From a virus (lineage: Duplodnaviria > Caudoviricetes), in the IMG/VR virus record IMGVR_UViG_3300033463_000005, positions 160,001 to 224,000 of that record: DNA of 64,000 nucleotides; one strand, 5' to 3'. Below are positions 31,636-41,535 of this stretch, piece by piece. The notes beneath the pieces are model-generated. The model did no database searches, was not told where the DNA came from, and saw only the letters and a list, made by a program, of their open reading frames with translations. Numbering within the stretch: position 1 is the stretch's first letter; the number at the start of each line of letters is the position of its first letter. The position numbers were made by a program, and so were the translations under genes.

Positions 31636-32217
31636 TTTACCAATTTGAATGTCATATGGTTTTCCAAACCCACGCTGTTTATAATTCACCTCATCCGTTA
31701 ATTGCAATTCTTTCCAGATGCTTTCTGGGATTTCAAATGTAATTAATTCTGATTTGGATGAATTATGTTGGATACCAGATACCTCATATGTGATGTAACG
31801 ACGTGATTCTCGTTCATCACCAACCCCATCATTTCGATTTGATTTTTTCAATTCATATTCTGCATAATATGGATTTTTATCAAATCCTCCTGCTGTGACT
31901 TTATGGGTATCCTTCCATTTGTTAATATCATACTCATACCAGGTGTCGTATATATCAACAGAACTGTTACCGTGTTTTTCTGTCCTTCGTTTCTTGGAAT
32001 GATGTGATATGTTATATGCATCAGATGGTGGGTAACTCCATCCTTCCTCATGGACAACGGTATATTCTTGTATTTGAATGACCGACGTCCAACTAATGGT
32101 TTTCACATCCAGAATATAATCACGTGGTTTTGTGATATAACGACAAATGAGTGTGAGAACTGCGATACCACATATTATGACAATGAGTTGTGCTTTATTA
32201 AATTTCTTTCTGGTCAT
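31633..32217 (-). CDS. membrane-anchored hypothetical protein
   Basis: N-terminal basic residues then a hydrophobic helix. Confidence 0.8.
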   Translation of the reverse strand: MTRKKFNKAQLIVIICGIAVLTLICRYITKPRDYILDVKTISWTSVIQIQEYTVVHEEGWSYPPSDAYNISHHSKKRRTEKHGNSSVDIYDTWYEYDINKWKDTHKVTAGGFDKNPYYAEYELKKSNRNDGVGDERESRRYITYEVSGIQHNSSKSELITFEIPESIWKELQLTDEVNYKQRGFGKPYDIQIGK

Positions 32218-32624
32218 GTCAATCTTTCCACCACAATTTCATTTGTCATATATTCGATTAATTTCACAACAAAATTACATGATTGGCCATTCGGCAAATA
32301 TGTTGTAAAGTATAATTCTTCTGATGATACATCATATATGATTGCTTCAATCGCCATATATTCATCTTTCATAACATCGCGATCATAATAATATGCCAGT
32401 TTTTCATTGAGTTGATTTTTATTGTAGAATTTGAGTCTATAACATGTTCCAATGCTGATCTTTGATTTATCAAATACATATTGTGTTTTGACAATCGATC
32501 TGTCATTATTTTTTGTCAATACACCATCTGGAACCATGGTGCTTGCAACTGGTTTTTCTGATAGATCACCATCAGACATGAATTGATCAAACTCGTCTTT
32601 TGTTAATTTTGCTAATCGAGACAT
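32214..32624 (-). CDS. hypothetical protein (tandem family member)
   Basis: AAGGAGG RBS; GxxYxL pattern. Confidence 0.8.
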   Translation of the reverse strand: MSRLAKLTKDEFDQFMSDGDLSEKPVASTMVPDGVLTKNNDRSIVKTQYVFDKSKISIGTCYRLKFYNKNQLNEKLAYYYDRDVMKDEYMAIEAIIYDVSSEELYFTTYLPNGQSCNFVVKLIEYMTNEIVVERLT

Positions 32625-32642
32625 ATAAATTCCTCCTTAATT

Positions 32643-33176
32643 TTATCGATTATCACCGGTTGCTGTAGAATCATCACCATGATCAAAGGCCAGCATACGT
32701 TTAATCCAACTATGAGTTTCCGATTTCTTTGGGTTTGTCTTTCCATTCTTATCTGATTCTTTCTTGTCAGTGTCTCTGAATAACATATCAGGGATTGCTG
32801 GTTTCATTTCAATAATTTCGACAGATGGCGTAACAACTGCAGCTTCACTATTGATGATGTCATCAATAATATCTGGCGTTATGTTAATCTTGAAATGTGT
32901 GAGCTTCTTGGTTTTGTATCCGATATATGATGAAACAAATATTGCTTTGGATTCATTTATTTCGGTACATATTGCATCAAAACCAGTTTTGTCAAATCTG
33001 GTTGTCAATGCTTCGATATCTTTGCTATACGCATCGACATCATCGTCATCTATTAGAAGTAATGTCACAATATTCATCATGCGAACATCATGAATCAGTA
33101 TTCTGTATGAGACTCCTGGCTTGAAAGCATCCTTTGCCAGAACTCTCTTTGTGTTGATGCATTTTGAGAAATCCAT
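32643..33176 (-). CDS. hypothetical protein (tandem family member)
   Basis: GAGG RBS; FKPGVSYRI. Confidence 0.8.
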   Translation of the reverse strand: MDFSKCINTKRVLAKDAFKPGVSYRILIHDVRMMNIVTLLLIDDDDVDAYSKDIEALTTRFDKTGFDAICTEINESKAIFVSSYIGYKTKKLTHFKINITPDIIDDIINSEAAVVTPSVEIIEMKPAIPDMLFRDTDKKESDKNGKTNPKKSETHSWIKRMLAFDHGDDSTATGDNR

Positions 33177-33211
33177 TTATTTTTCCTCCTTATTATTCAC
33201 CAAGATAATTT

Positions 33212-33796
33212 TTAAAATTTATCCGGATCATAAAATGCAACAGATTTGTTGCCGATTGTATAACTAGATGAGATTGCATTATCATATGAATCGAAGAATC
33301 TTTGTGGGGCTTTATCGAATCCGAGTTGTCTAGGAACATCAACAATCGGCTCAATCACAATCATTGGTGATTCTCCAGCAGCAATCGCGTTGACATTTGC
33401 ATTGAGATCTTCTGCCGTGATTGTGATGTATAGTCGATATACCCTGTTTTTATGGGGAACAAACATCAGAAATGTTCCGGATTCACGCTTCTCGTCAATT
33501 TGAATGAGTATCGCGAAACCAGAACATGTCATGAACTTAGAAGAATCCCCGTCCTTTATATTCTTCAGAAATTTACCGGATATCATGATAAAGTACGGAT
33601 TACCTTTGACAAACATATCTGACAATGCATAAGTTGTCGTAGCAACAACTGTGTCGAATACAGATGTTGGAATCTGCGGTTTTTCTTCAACTGGTTCTTC
33701 TTGTTTGTCCGGAATAATCATATCTTCCGTTGTTGGAATATGACTTGTGTCTGGACGCTCAATTTCCAGTTTCTGTTTAGAGAAAGGCCAAGCCAT
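33212..33796 (-). CDS. hypothetical protein (tandem family member)
   Basis: AAAGGAGG RBS; FVKGNPYFI. Confidence 0.8.
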   Translation of the reverse strand: MAWPFSKQKLEIERPDTSHIPTTEDMIIPDKQEEPVEEKPQIPTSVFDTVVATTTYALSDMFVKGNPYFIMISGKFLKNIKDGDSSKFMTCSGFAILIQIDEKRESGTFLMFVPHKNRVYRLYITITAEDLNANVNAIAAGESPMIVIEPIVDVPRQLGFDKAPQRFFDSYDNAISSSYTIGNKSVAFYDPDKF

Positions 33797-33832
33797 TTCA
33801 ATCCTCCTTTAATTCAGCCGATGATAAAATAT

Positions 33833-33853
33833 GTGGGGGCATAATGCCCCCAC
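33833..33853 (-). terminator. hairpin terminator
   Basis: GTGGGGGCA-TAA-TGCCCCCAC. Confidence 0.75.
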
Positions 33854-33857
33854 TAGT

Positions 33858-34250
33858 TTACTGAATTCTTTCATCCAATGCTTCAAACGTCGGTTTTACA
33901 AAATCGGTGAAGATGTCGTAAATCTTTACATGCTCATCAAGTTCATTGATCGGGATCTTGATTTGTCCGATCTTAGAATTGTGCTCGGTGACGAATGTGA
34001 TCCAAAAGTATGCGGTCTTCATATCATTTGATAATTCATCAAAGAATCCAATCACACCAATTACATCATCACCGGGAAGAGTAAACTGCTGTGCCGAATA
34101 CACTGTTCCACTGTCTCGAACAGACAACTGTGGCATGAGAGACGACTCATAGTCCAGCGCAATCAGATATGCACGACCCAAACCGAAAACTCTGGATGCA
34201 TAGACTTCGGTGACATTCACAAGTTCAGATCGTTCAATTGGTTTCAACAT
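33858..34250 (-). CDS. hypothetical protein (tandem family member)
   Basis: GAGGAGG RBS; FGLGRAYLI. Confidence 0.8.
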   Translation of the reverse strand: MLKPIERSELVNVTEVYASRVFGLGRAYLIALDYESSLMPQLSVRDSGTVYSAQQFTLPGDDVIGVIGFFDELSNDMKTAYFWITFVTEHNSKIGQIKIPINELDEHVKIYDIFTDFVKPTFEALDERIQ

Positions 34251-34535
34251 TTAATTTTCCTCCTCAAATTGAATGTGATGATCATCAATATACTTCTTGA
34301 GTGTATCGATGATCGTCTGCTCGAAGCTTTCATGGAAATCTTTGAATGTAACAACAATCTCATCGATTTCGAATCGGAATGTATATCGACGATACATCAC
34401 TCGTACGGTTGGTGCATCTTCGGATGCAACAATATATCCCTTGTGCCCATCAAGCATAAAGCTCCACATATCGTTTCTGTAATGTCGAACGATATGCATA
34501 CGATGTTCTGCTTTGTCAACAATAATTCCTTGCAT
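34251..34535 (-). CDS. hypothetical protein
   Basis: 94-aa ORF in operon. Confidence 0.75.
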   Translation of the reverse strand: MQGIIVDKAEHRMHIVRHYRNDMWSFMLDGHKGYIVASEDAPTVRVMYRRYTFRFEIDEIVVTFKDFHESFEQTIIDTLKKYIDDHHIQFEEEN

Positions 34536-34562
34536 GTCATTTTCATCCTTTCTGTTTTATCG

Positions 34563-35597
34563 TTACTTCAATCTTCCATCAGATGCTTCAGTGAGTTGTG
34601 GATACGCGATACCCATCAGCTCTTTCATTTGTGGATGTGCTTTACCAGTCTTCTCATGATACCGAAGATCAAGAATGTGCTGCCATTCATCTTCGGTTGC
34701 ACACATCCAGATGTCTGCCTTGATTGCATGCGGAAGAACATCGCGAGCAGCTTCTGGTTTTGCTCCGGCCGCGATGAGTTTTAGATAGCTTCTCTCAGCC
34801 ATCTCCATACTCATTTCCCAAAGGACACTTCGAGTATGGTCCATGATGTCATTGAAGTATGGTTTTATGAATGTGAGTTCTCCACCAAATTTCTCCTTGC
34901 CATAGTTGCAATATCGCGTACTTTCCATTGCAAACGAACATGGGCGGTGTCTTACCATCTCATGACTGACCCCTCGGTTCGTTGTGAACAGTATGATGTG
35001 TGGGAGCATATGTGATAAGCAGCAATCTTCAACACCGTCATTTTTCATAGATTTAATGAATTCTTCTCGTGACATAAATTTGAATGGATTTGTCACATCT
35101 TCCGCTTTGATGTCATAATCAGAATAATGATGGTTTTCATCAAATTCTGCACAGAATTCATCATACATTGCATGGAAGATTTCCGGATATAATTCAGATA
35201 ATCCCCATATGAAATCGAGTAATTCGGTTTTGCATTCTTCGACAAAATCATGTGTTGATTCATACTTTTGTGATGCATTAAATAAATACTTCAACCAATC
35301 GTAGAATGCTCGAAGTGATCCAACCACATAATTGTCAATATGTCGAAGATACGATCCTTCTGATGTATCAAAAATGAAATTGAGCAAATCCAGATCAGTG
35401 ATTTTGACATACACATGTCCGAATTCCAGCATGGCATGATGACCAGACTTGTACAGGTTGGCCACAAATTTAGTTGCTGAATCCTCGGTGATTCTGTCCT
35501 CGGACTTGTAGCAGGTTCTGCCAACCCGCTCGATAATTTGATACGGTGTCATGTTGCTCGTGTCAAGCAACACTGCATTTTGATCGATTACTTTCAT
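34563..35597 (-). CDS. thyX: flavin-dependent thymidylate synthase
   Basis: RHRx7S motif (RHRPCSFAMESTRY), GRTCYKS, SGHHAMLEF, PEAARDVLP, AHPQM. Confidence 0.95.
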   Translation of the reverse strand: MKVIDQNAVLLDTSNMTPYQIIERVGRTCYKSEDRITEDSATKFVANLYKSGHHAMLEFGHVYVKITDLDLLNFIFDTSEGSYLRHIDNYVVGSLRAFYDWLKYLFNASQKYESTHDFVEECKTELLDFIWGLSELYPEIFHAMYDEFCAEFDENHHYSDYDIKAEDVTNPFKFMSREEFIKSMKNDGVEDCCLSHMLPHIILFTTNRGVSHEMVRHRPCSFAMESTRYCNYGKEKFGGELTFIKPYFNDIMDHTRSVLWEMSMEMAERSYLKLIAAGAKPEAARDVLPHAIKADIWMCATEDEWQHILDLRYHEKTGKAHPQMKELMGIAYPQLTEASDGRLK

Positions 35598-36169
35598 TTT
35601 CTCATTTCCTCTTCATTGTGTTTTTCTGAATAAATCATTGCGACATGTGCCTCAATGATATCGCAAGGCCAATCTTGGGGTTCCATATCATTAACATATT
35701 CTTTCATCAACATCATGGTTATCATGTCAATGAGTGGTGTTGCATCTTCTCCAGAAATTGTTGCAACGCCATAATTTCTTCCCATTATAGAAATCTTCTG
35801 ATAGATTTCATACGCTGTCAAATCTTCCCAGTTTGGTACGTTGTGTTTATCGGAATAACAGCGCAAATGCCATTCCTTTGCAGGAAAGAAATCATCGTCT
35901 TGGATTCCAAATGTACCCCAATCATTCACCTCGAGAAAAACCTCGAATGTATTTGTATCAAGGGTTTTTCTTCGAACGATCATTGTGAATGGGATATCGT
36001 TATTCATGAAACCGAATGCTGACTGGAACATTGAAACATCACGTGTTTTAGCCAGTTCAGCAATAAACTCGGCTGTCATTTTGATCATTTCATCTGCTCG
36101 TGTATATGGCAGATTTATGAATTGAAAGTATTCAATTCGTTTGTCACTTGGCATAAATTTCCTCCTCAT
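35594..36169 (-). CDS. hypothetical protein
   Basis: ORF in operon. Confidence 0.8.
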   Translation of the reverse strand: MRRKFMPSDKRIEYFQFINLPYTRADEMIKMTAEFIAELAKTRDVSMFQSAFGFMNNDIPFTMIVRRKTLDTNTFEVFLEVNDWGTFGIQDDDFFPAKEWHLRCYSDKHNVPNWEDLTAYEIYQKISIMGRNYGVATISGEDATPLIDMITMMLMKEYVNDMEPQDWPCDIIEAHVAMIYSEKHNEEEMRK

Positions 36170-36528
36170 AAATGTGGTGAATGTACCTGCATCTTTGCTT
36201 TAGAGAAATCATTGCTTACTACATCGGAAATAGCACAAACAAGTCCTCGGTTAAGTTTCTCACCTTCATAGTGGAAGTTGTCGATGAAGTAGAGATACAA
36301 CTTACTGGGAATCGTTTCTCCGTTCTGAAGTATTGCCTCACAATCATAGATCCCCTCCTCACGAGGGAAGGGATCTATCCAACAGAGATCAAAGCCATTC
36401 TTATCCGCAAGAATTCCGTGAAGATATACGAATGGTGTGATATTGGTTGTGACAATAATCCCGATTTTGTCAGGATCATCAGCTTGAGACAACCCATAAA
36501 CTTTTATTATGTCAGCCATAATTATCAC
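36166..36528 (-). CDS. hypothetical protein
   Basis: ORF in operon. Confidence 0.75.
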   Translation of the reverse strand: MIIMADIIKVYGLSQADDPDKIGIIVTTNITPFVYLHGILADKNGFDLCWIDPFPREEGIYDCEAILQNGETIPSKLYLYFIDNFHYEGEKLNRGLVCAISDVVSNDFSKAKMQVHSPHL

Positions 36529-36531
36529 CTT

Positions 36532-38397
36532 TCATGACAATCCCTCCAATAAAACGATCTTGGAAACAACGTTCGCAAGGAATGACTTGTATGTACAATT
36601 GGTCTTTTTGATTGTGTCAAAATATACCTTTGATCCAGTTCCTGATTTCAATTCAATCAATGGGTATGACCATGTTCCGGAACCAGATGATTTATGATCA
36701 AGCATCCGTACACATACCTCTTGAGTTGCGTTATAAAATTTAATCTCGATTCCTGGAAGATTATCGTCAATTCTCTGTAGTCCGAATATAACTGTGAAGT
36801 AGTCAAAGTTTTCGAGTGTAACATACTCCATGAAATGTTTCTCGAATTCATATGCAGCAGTCTTGAACCGAGACTCTGCGAGAGTACACCACACGGAAGA
36901 ATATATCGACCTGTATACATCTTTATGCCAATCAATTTTAAGTTGGCTGAGAATCTGATCCGTCAGATAATCTTTTGTCGTGTACATCAGACTTCCGGAC
37001 TCAACGAATTTCTTGAGCTTCTTATCAACTAGAGAATCGATATGTGCTTCCATGTCAAGAATTGTTTTGACTTTGTTGTTCTTGTTGATGTTCTCATTAC
37101 TGATGACATTATCCGGGTCAATAGCATATGCTGTCATTCCGTCATCAGTAAAGAAGCATGGTCCACAGTGTTTCAATTCTGTATATTGCGTGCATTTTGC
37201 TGTCGTATATGCTCTGAGTTTATCCATATCGAGTCTATCTTTCAATACCTCAGCAAGACACGCAATAAGGTACTTGTTTAACACATCATCAATTCCATTT
37301 TGTTCATATTGCATGATATAAACACAAGTGGATTTATCAGCCAATCCAAGATCGTCGATTGTGATAATGTGTTCCTTTCCCAGAGATATCATAATAGTCT
37401 TCATGTATGGTGTATATGAAACCTCGAGCTTTAAAGATTTTGATGAAATGTTATTAGATTTTATAGCGTCAACCGAATATACCTGATGCGGTTTGTCACG
37501 TCTTATGTTGCCTACTTCTCTTATATTCCGGAGCCAGTCAACAACAACCTGGAATACTTCGTCACAACCAATCATCTTGTCTTCCTTGAGTCTATTAATA
37601 GCACCGATTGCTTCTTTGACAAAGTGATTACCACTATCAGTCGTTACAACATATTCGAGCTCTCTGGCGATGCGTTTGGCGATACTCACGCATTCTTTCA
37701 TTGTGATGATGTTGCCCGTGAGCTTCTCAAGGTGTTCACCATCAAGTTTGACTTCATGCCGGAATGGATAAATCCGGATTGGCGTGCAGCACGATTCGCC
37801 GAAATTAAACCGAACCCAGACATCGTTACTGTGAACGCATTCCTTGTAGAAGTGTCGGAGAACATCAACACCGAGAGCATTCCACATATATGGCGCTTTC
37901 TTAATCACAAATTGTGTGTAGTCATTTCTTGGAATCACGTCACGCTGAACAAATTCCCCGGCACGCGTATCCATCAACTCATTCGTGTATGCATTGATTA
38001 TGGCAACAACATGTTCGAATGCCTGTCTGTTTTCCAGTTCCGTAAGTTCAACAGCATAATCACAGAACTTTTGAATGTTGCTCTTTATCGTTGTGAATAT
38101 GAAGGAATTAATTTCATCACCATAGATACGGTAATTTCCGGCACCATCAATTGCAATATTTGCGTCCTTGTCGGAAACTGCCGAATGGAACACAAAATTG
38201 TATTCCGGACAATCATCCGCTGGAATGATAATCCTCAACCAATAATCTATATTATGATGATTATCGGGGTTAACAAAATTGATATCGCGGCGGACTAGAT
38301 CATCTTCTTTCATGATATATGGACTGTGTTCCCATTCTTCATCACGGAATATCTCCGTTAGAATCTTAAAGATTCTGCTTCGGTCCATCGGAATCAT
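36532..38397 (-). CDS. hypothetical protein, 621 aa
   Basis: Long ORF coupled to the upstream gene. Confidence 0.85.
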   Translation of the reverse strand: MIPMDRSRIFKILTEIFRDEEWEHSPYIMKEDDLVRRDINFVNPDNHHNIDYWLRIIIPADDCPEYNFVFHSAVSDKDANIAIDGAGNYRIYGDEINSFIFTTIKSNIQKFCDYAVELTELENRQAFEHVVAIINAYTNELMDTRAGEFVQRDVIPRNDYTQFVIKKAPYMWNALGVDVLRHFYKECVHSNDVWVRFNFGESCCTPIRIYPFRHEVKLDGEHLEKLTGNIITMKECVSIAKRIARELEYVVTTDSGNHFVKEAIGAINRLKEDKMIGCDEVFQVVVDWLRNIREVGNIRRDKPHQVYSVDAIKSNNISSKSLKLEVSYTPYMKTIMISLGKEHIITIDDLGLADKSTCVYIMQYEQNGIDDVLNKYLIACLAEVLKDRLDMDKLRAYTTAKCTQYTELKHCGPCFFTDDGMTAYAIDPDNVISNENINKNNKVKTILDMEAHIDSLVDKKLKKFVESGSLMYTTKDYLTDQILSQLKIDWHKDVYRSIYSSVWCTLAESRFKTAAYEFEKHFMEYVTLENFDYFTVIFGLQRIDDNLPGIEIKFYNATQEVCVRMLDHKSSGSGTWSYPLIELKSGTGSKVYFDTIKKTNCTYKSFLANVVSKIVLLEGLS

Positions 38398-39020
38398 AAG
38401 TATTCATCCTCACTTTCATCAATAACGTCGACAGCATCGGTCATATCATCGTCGTCTTCTTCTTTTTTCGGTATAATCGTCATATTAGCTTCTTCAACGT
38501 TAGAGACCGCATCGATGAAGAGTCTATGGAATTCTTCAGCAGATATTTCTTCACAGCATTCATCGAGGAACCGAATGAATCTCTCATATGATGATGTTGT
38601 ATCTTCGTAGAAAGTCGGAGATATGTATACAGGATATTCTTGATAACGAATATCTTGTTTTCCTGATAATAAATGACCAACAAACAATGACAGAACAGGG
38701 ATATGTGTCGTGAGAATAGTGTCGGTCTCATCAGTATAACCTAGTATCATGAAGGCCATACTGCCTCGCATGATGAAAGGACAATATTTATGAGGTTTCA
38801 TTCTATAATGTTTTCCACGCATATCATTGATACACTGTTTGTGAAAACTCTCCAGTGTCTTTATACATGAGAGCTTCTTCTCGTGAAGTGGATCAAATAT
38901 CTTTTCGGATACTTCTCGCATCTTTTCTTCCTCAACTCGTTCAATAGAGTCGATCTCTTCTTGCAAATGCTTAAGCGTTTCAATAGGTGTCATCATTATT
39001 CCTCCTTCGTATTCGTTCAT
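38394..39020 (-). CDS. hypothetical protein (possible paralog of 44304..44780)
   Basis: Coiled coil, GKHYR, EISAEEF. Confidence 0.8.
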   Translation of the reverse strand: MNEYEGGIMMTPIETLKHLQEEIDSIERVEEEKMREVSEKIFDPLHEKKLSCIKTLESFHKQCINDMRGKHYRMKPHKYCPFIMRGSMAFMILGYTDETDTILTTHIPVLSLFVGHLLSGKQDIRYQEYPVYISPTFYEDTTSSYERFIRFLDECCEEISAEEFHRLFIDAVSNVEEANMTIIPKKEEDDDDMTDAVDVIDESEDEYL

Positions 39021-39037
39021 TATTGTTACCTCCTTAT

Positions 39038-39472
39038 TTAATCATCCATCAGTAAACCGAGTGCATTAATCATAACCCATATGGTGCTGATAACCCCACA
39101 AACATATGTGGTCACATCCCAGAATTGAGCAAATATAATTGTGAGGATTATGAATATGATTGGTGCGCCCCAAACTTTTAGAAATTGCAACCATGAAAAA
39201 TGGAGTTTCGATGTCGAAGCCCCGAATACCACCCCACATGATTTACATGTATAACTTTCCCCTCTGGAGTGTCTTTTTATTACACCGAGAGTGTGTTTGA
39301 TAACATGTGATCCTGTGTAAATTGGGTCAAGTCCATTAAATTTAATATTTTCACTGGTGCAGTATGGACACAGATATACGAGCCGGTCCAAACACTCTTC
39401 TTCATTCGTCGTTGGCGGTTTGATTATTCGGATCTTCACCTTTGGTGGTTTCAATGGCACCATGTGTCTCAT
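39038..39472 (-). CDS. zinc-ribbon membrane protein
   Basis: CPYC...CKSCG plus two C-terminal hydrophobic helices. Confidence 0.75.
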   Translation of the reverse strand: MRHMVPLKPPKVKIRIIKPPTTNEEECLDRLVYLCPYCTSENIKFNGLDPIYTGSHVIKHTLGVIKRHSRGESYTCKSCGVVFGASTSKLHFSWLQFLKVWGAPIIFIILTIIFAQFWDVTTYVCGVISTIWVMINALGLLMDD

Positions 39473-39518
39473 GCTCGGTTACCTCCTTCTTGTATATAAC
39501 TCCAATTGATACATTTTG

Positions 39519-39761
39519 TCATGTATGATTCGAAAACATATCGGCTGGTGCCGTATAATCATACTTTGATACATCCGTTATATCACCAGCGTGTTGTGGT
39601 GTATATGCCGATCCAAGAATCAACTTCCCAATCGGAATATCCATAATCTCGTCGAGATTTAGGTCATTGTCTACATCAATATTTCTTGTCACTTTCATAT
39701 CAAACGGATTGTCAATTCGAGTGGCGTGAATATCAATGGTTATCTGAAAACCTTTCATCAT
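39519..39761 (-). CDS. hypothetical protein
   Basis: Coupled ORF with GAGGAGG RBS. Confidence 0.7.
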   Translation of the reverse strand: MMKGFQITIDIHATRIDNPFDMKVTRNIDVDNDLNLDEIMDIPIGKLILGSAYTPQHAGDITDVSKYDYTAPADMFSNHT

Positions 39762-40189
39762 TCTTCCTCCTCATCATCATAGTAATGGGCTCCAAAATTT
39801 TCCTCCGAATATTCTGGAAATTTCCATCCAAATTTGCCATACACATCACCATCTTCATCAGGATACCTAATGAAATCAGACATGGATTTCTCATACTCTA
39901 TCTCTTTGGGTCCGTCTGTCGAATATTGAATTATGGTATATTTGTATTTCTTGTTATATAATAAAGCCGGACAGTTTTCTTTGACCCATTCTTTAGGCGC
40001 GGTAATACACCAGTTTGCCGACATGTCGATGTTACCAGAGAGAACAACAAGTTTATTTTTCTTACACCACTTATCATTAGAAAATGCGCGATGGTTTACC
40101 CATGAAATGAATGGTTCATCCAGTGGATAATCTCTTCCAGAAAACCAGTTGTTCAATTCGAAGTATACTAATTCAATATCACTCATCAT
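39758..40189 (-). CDS. hypothetical protein
   Basis: Trp-rich 143-aa ORF with GAGGAG RBS. Confidence 0.8.
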   Translation of the reverse strand: MMSDIELVYFELNNWFSGRDYPLDEPFISWVNHRAFSNDKWCKKNKLVVLSGNIDMSANWCITAPKEWVKENCPALLYNKKYKYTIIQYSTDGPKEIEYEKSMSDFIRYPDEDGDVYGKFGWKFPEYSEENFGAHYYDDEEEE

Positions 40190-40391
40190 TACTCCTCATT
40201 ACTAATACAATACTCTCCAGAATTCTATCCAGTTTATTGACATCACATTTGATCTCGAGACACAGAATTCTCATTTTAGTGATATCCATATCAAACGTTC
40301 CGTCTGATTTGATGTGACTCTTGAGAGCTCGTGCACAACCATCAATAGAATCGATTAACTCATATATTTTTTCATTGCGCATTATTATCAC
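40179..40391 (-). CDS. hypothetical protein
   Basis: Small ORF in operon. Confidence 0.65.
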   Translation of the reverse strand: MIIMRNEKIYELIDSIDGCARALKSHIKSDGTFDMDITKMRILCLEIKCDVNKLDRILESIVLVMRSNDE

Positions 40392-40735
40392 TCCTTATTT
40401 TTGATCACGAGATTGAATCCAGTGAATCTCGAATAGATTCCATTATGAGTATCGAATATCCCAATCGGGGAAGCATAGAAATCTGTTGCATATTTCAGAT
40501 GTTCGTACAGCGGTGCTTCTTTAACACCGATGAACCAGCTGTCAGTGTCCAGGTAGAACATATCGATATGTGTTATTGGTTTACCATCTATTGACAACAT
40601 GCATTGTTTGGCATCAATCATTGTGTGCAGCATACGCAGAAAATCACCGAGTGTTCCTTTATACCCCATTTCTGCCGGGAGTACGGATACCTTGATAGCA
40701 ATCATGTTGTCCGAGAGAGTTACCTTACCAAACAT
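40388..40735 (-). CDS. hypothetical protein
   Basis: GGAGG RBS; first gene after a promoter motif. Confidence 0.8.
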   Translation of the reverse strand: MFGKVTLSDNMIAIKVSVLPAEMGYKGTLGDFLRMLHTMIDAKQCMLSIDGKPITHIDMFYLDTDSWFIGVKEAPLYEHLKYATDFYASPIGIFDTHNGIYSRFTGFNLVIKNKE

Positions 40736-40794
40736 AACATTTCCTCCAGTGTAAAATTATTACTATGACCTATCACACAGGTCATTGCACATTA

Positions 40795-40843
40795 ATAATA
40801 TACGTATAAAAAATAAAAAAGAATAGGGGAGCATAAGCTCCCC
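40795..40843 (-). promoter_or_regulatory. terminator (40826-40843) followed by early promoter motif GTATATTATT
   Basis: GGGGAGC-ATAA-GCTCCCC, U-tract, then motif. Confidence 0.7.
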
Positions 40844-40858
40844 CATATCTCACAATGT

Positions 40859-41290
40859 TTATTCGTCAGGGTGGACTTTTCCGTCCTCGTAATCATATGT
40901 GTCAGAGTGTTCCTCGTAGATATATGTTGCTTGACCTATATCATTATTGAAGAACTCTCTGAGGTCAAACCACTTGTCTCCCAGAATGTTGCCGATCTTT
41001 TTCACAGATGCACTTCCGCGAACGCCGGTACAATCAATCCGACAGTATTTTCCGACAAGATCTTCCCATCTGGACACACCAACCGTATCCATGATTTTCA
41101 TCATGGCGACGATCGCAGAACCGTTACCTTTCCACGTCTTTGCTCCGAGATGGCCGACACCATTCTGGTATCCGCCGATACCACAGTTGAATGAGTCGGT
41201 TTTAACATGCACGTAGAATGTGAGAACCCCGTGATCAGCCATGGAAATCGTCACATCTACAATCTGCGCATTTTTTATATCTTGATTCAT
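40859..41290 (-). CDS. hypothetical protein
   Basis: 143 aa, strong GGAGGAGG RBS. Confidence 0.85.
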   Translation of the reverse strand: MNQDIKNAQIVDVTISMADHGVLTFYVHVKTDSFNCGIGGYQNGVGHLGAKTWKGNGSAIVAMMKIMDTVGVSRWEDLVGKYCRIDCTGVRGSASVKKIGNILGDKWFDLREFFNNDIGQATYIYEEHSDTYDYEDGKVHPDE

Positions 41291-41523
41291 AGTGTTTCCT
41301 CCTCCTTACGAATACTCTTCAGAGTAATAACCTGGTTTTCCCCAAGTATAAGTGGATGCATTTTTATGAGCTGATCTATCTCATGTTCTCCGTTTGGTTC
41401 GTAACCATCCGCAATTAATTCGGCATTATGATTGTGAAATGCTTCAACTGCAACAGAGTAATCGGTTGTAACGCATATAATATTTCTATCATATGCATCA
41501 TCATATACAGTGGAAACATTCAT
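41287..41523 (-). CDS. hypothetical protein
   Basis: Small ORF in operon. Confidence 0.7.
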   Translation of the reverse strand: MNVSTVYDDAYDRNIICVTTDYSVAVEAFHNHNAELIADGYEPNGEHEIDQLIKMHPLILGENQVITLKSIRKEEETL

Positions 41524-41535
41524 CCTTATTCCTCC

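Noticed and set aside
37486-38298. 270-aa plus-strand ORF and other long antisense ORFs (55562, 21139, 34269, 2178)
   Set aside because: They are shadows of well-supported genes on the opposite strand, with no RBS and unnatural composition
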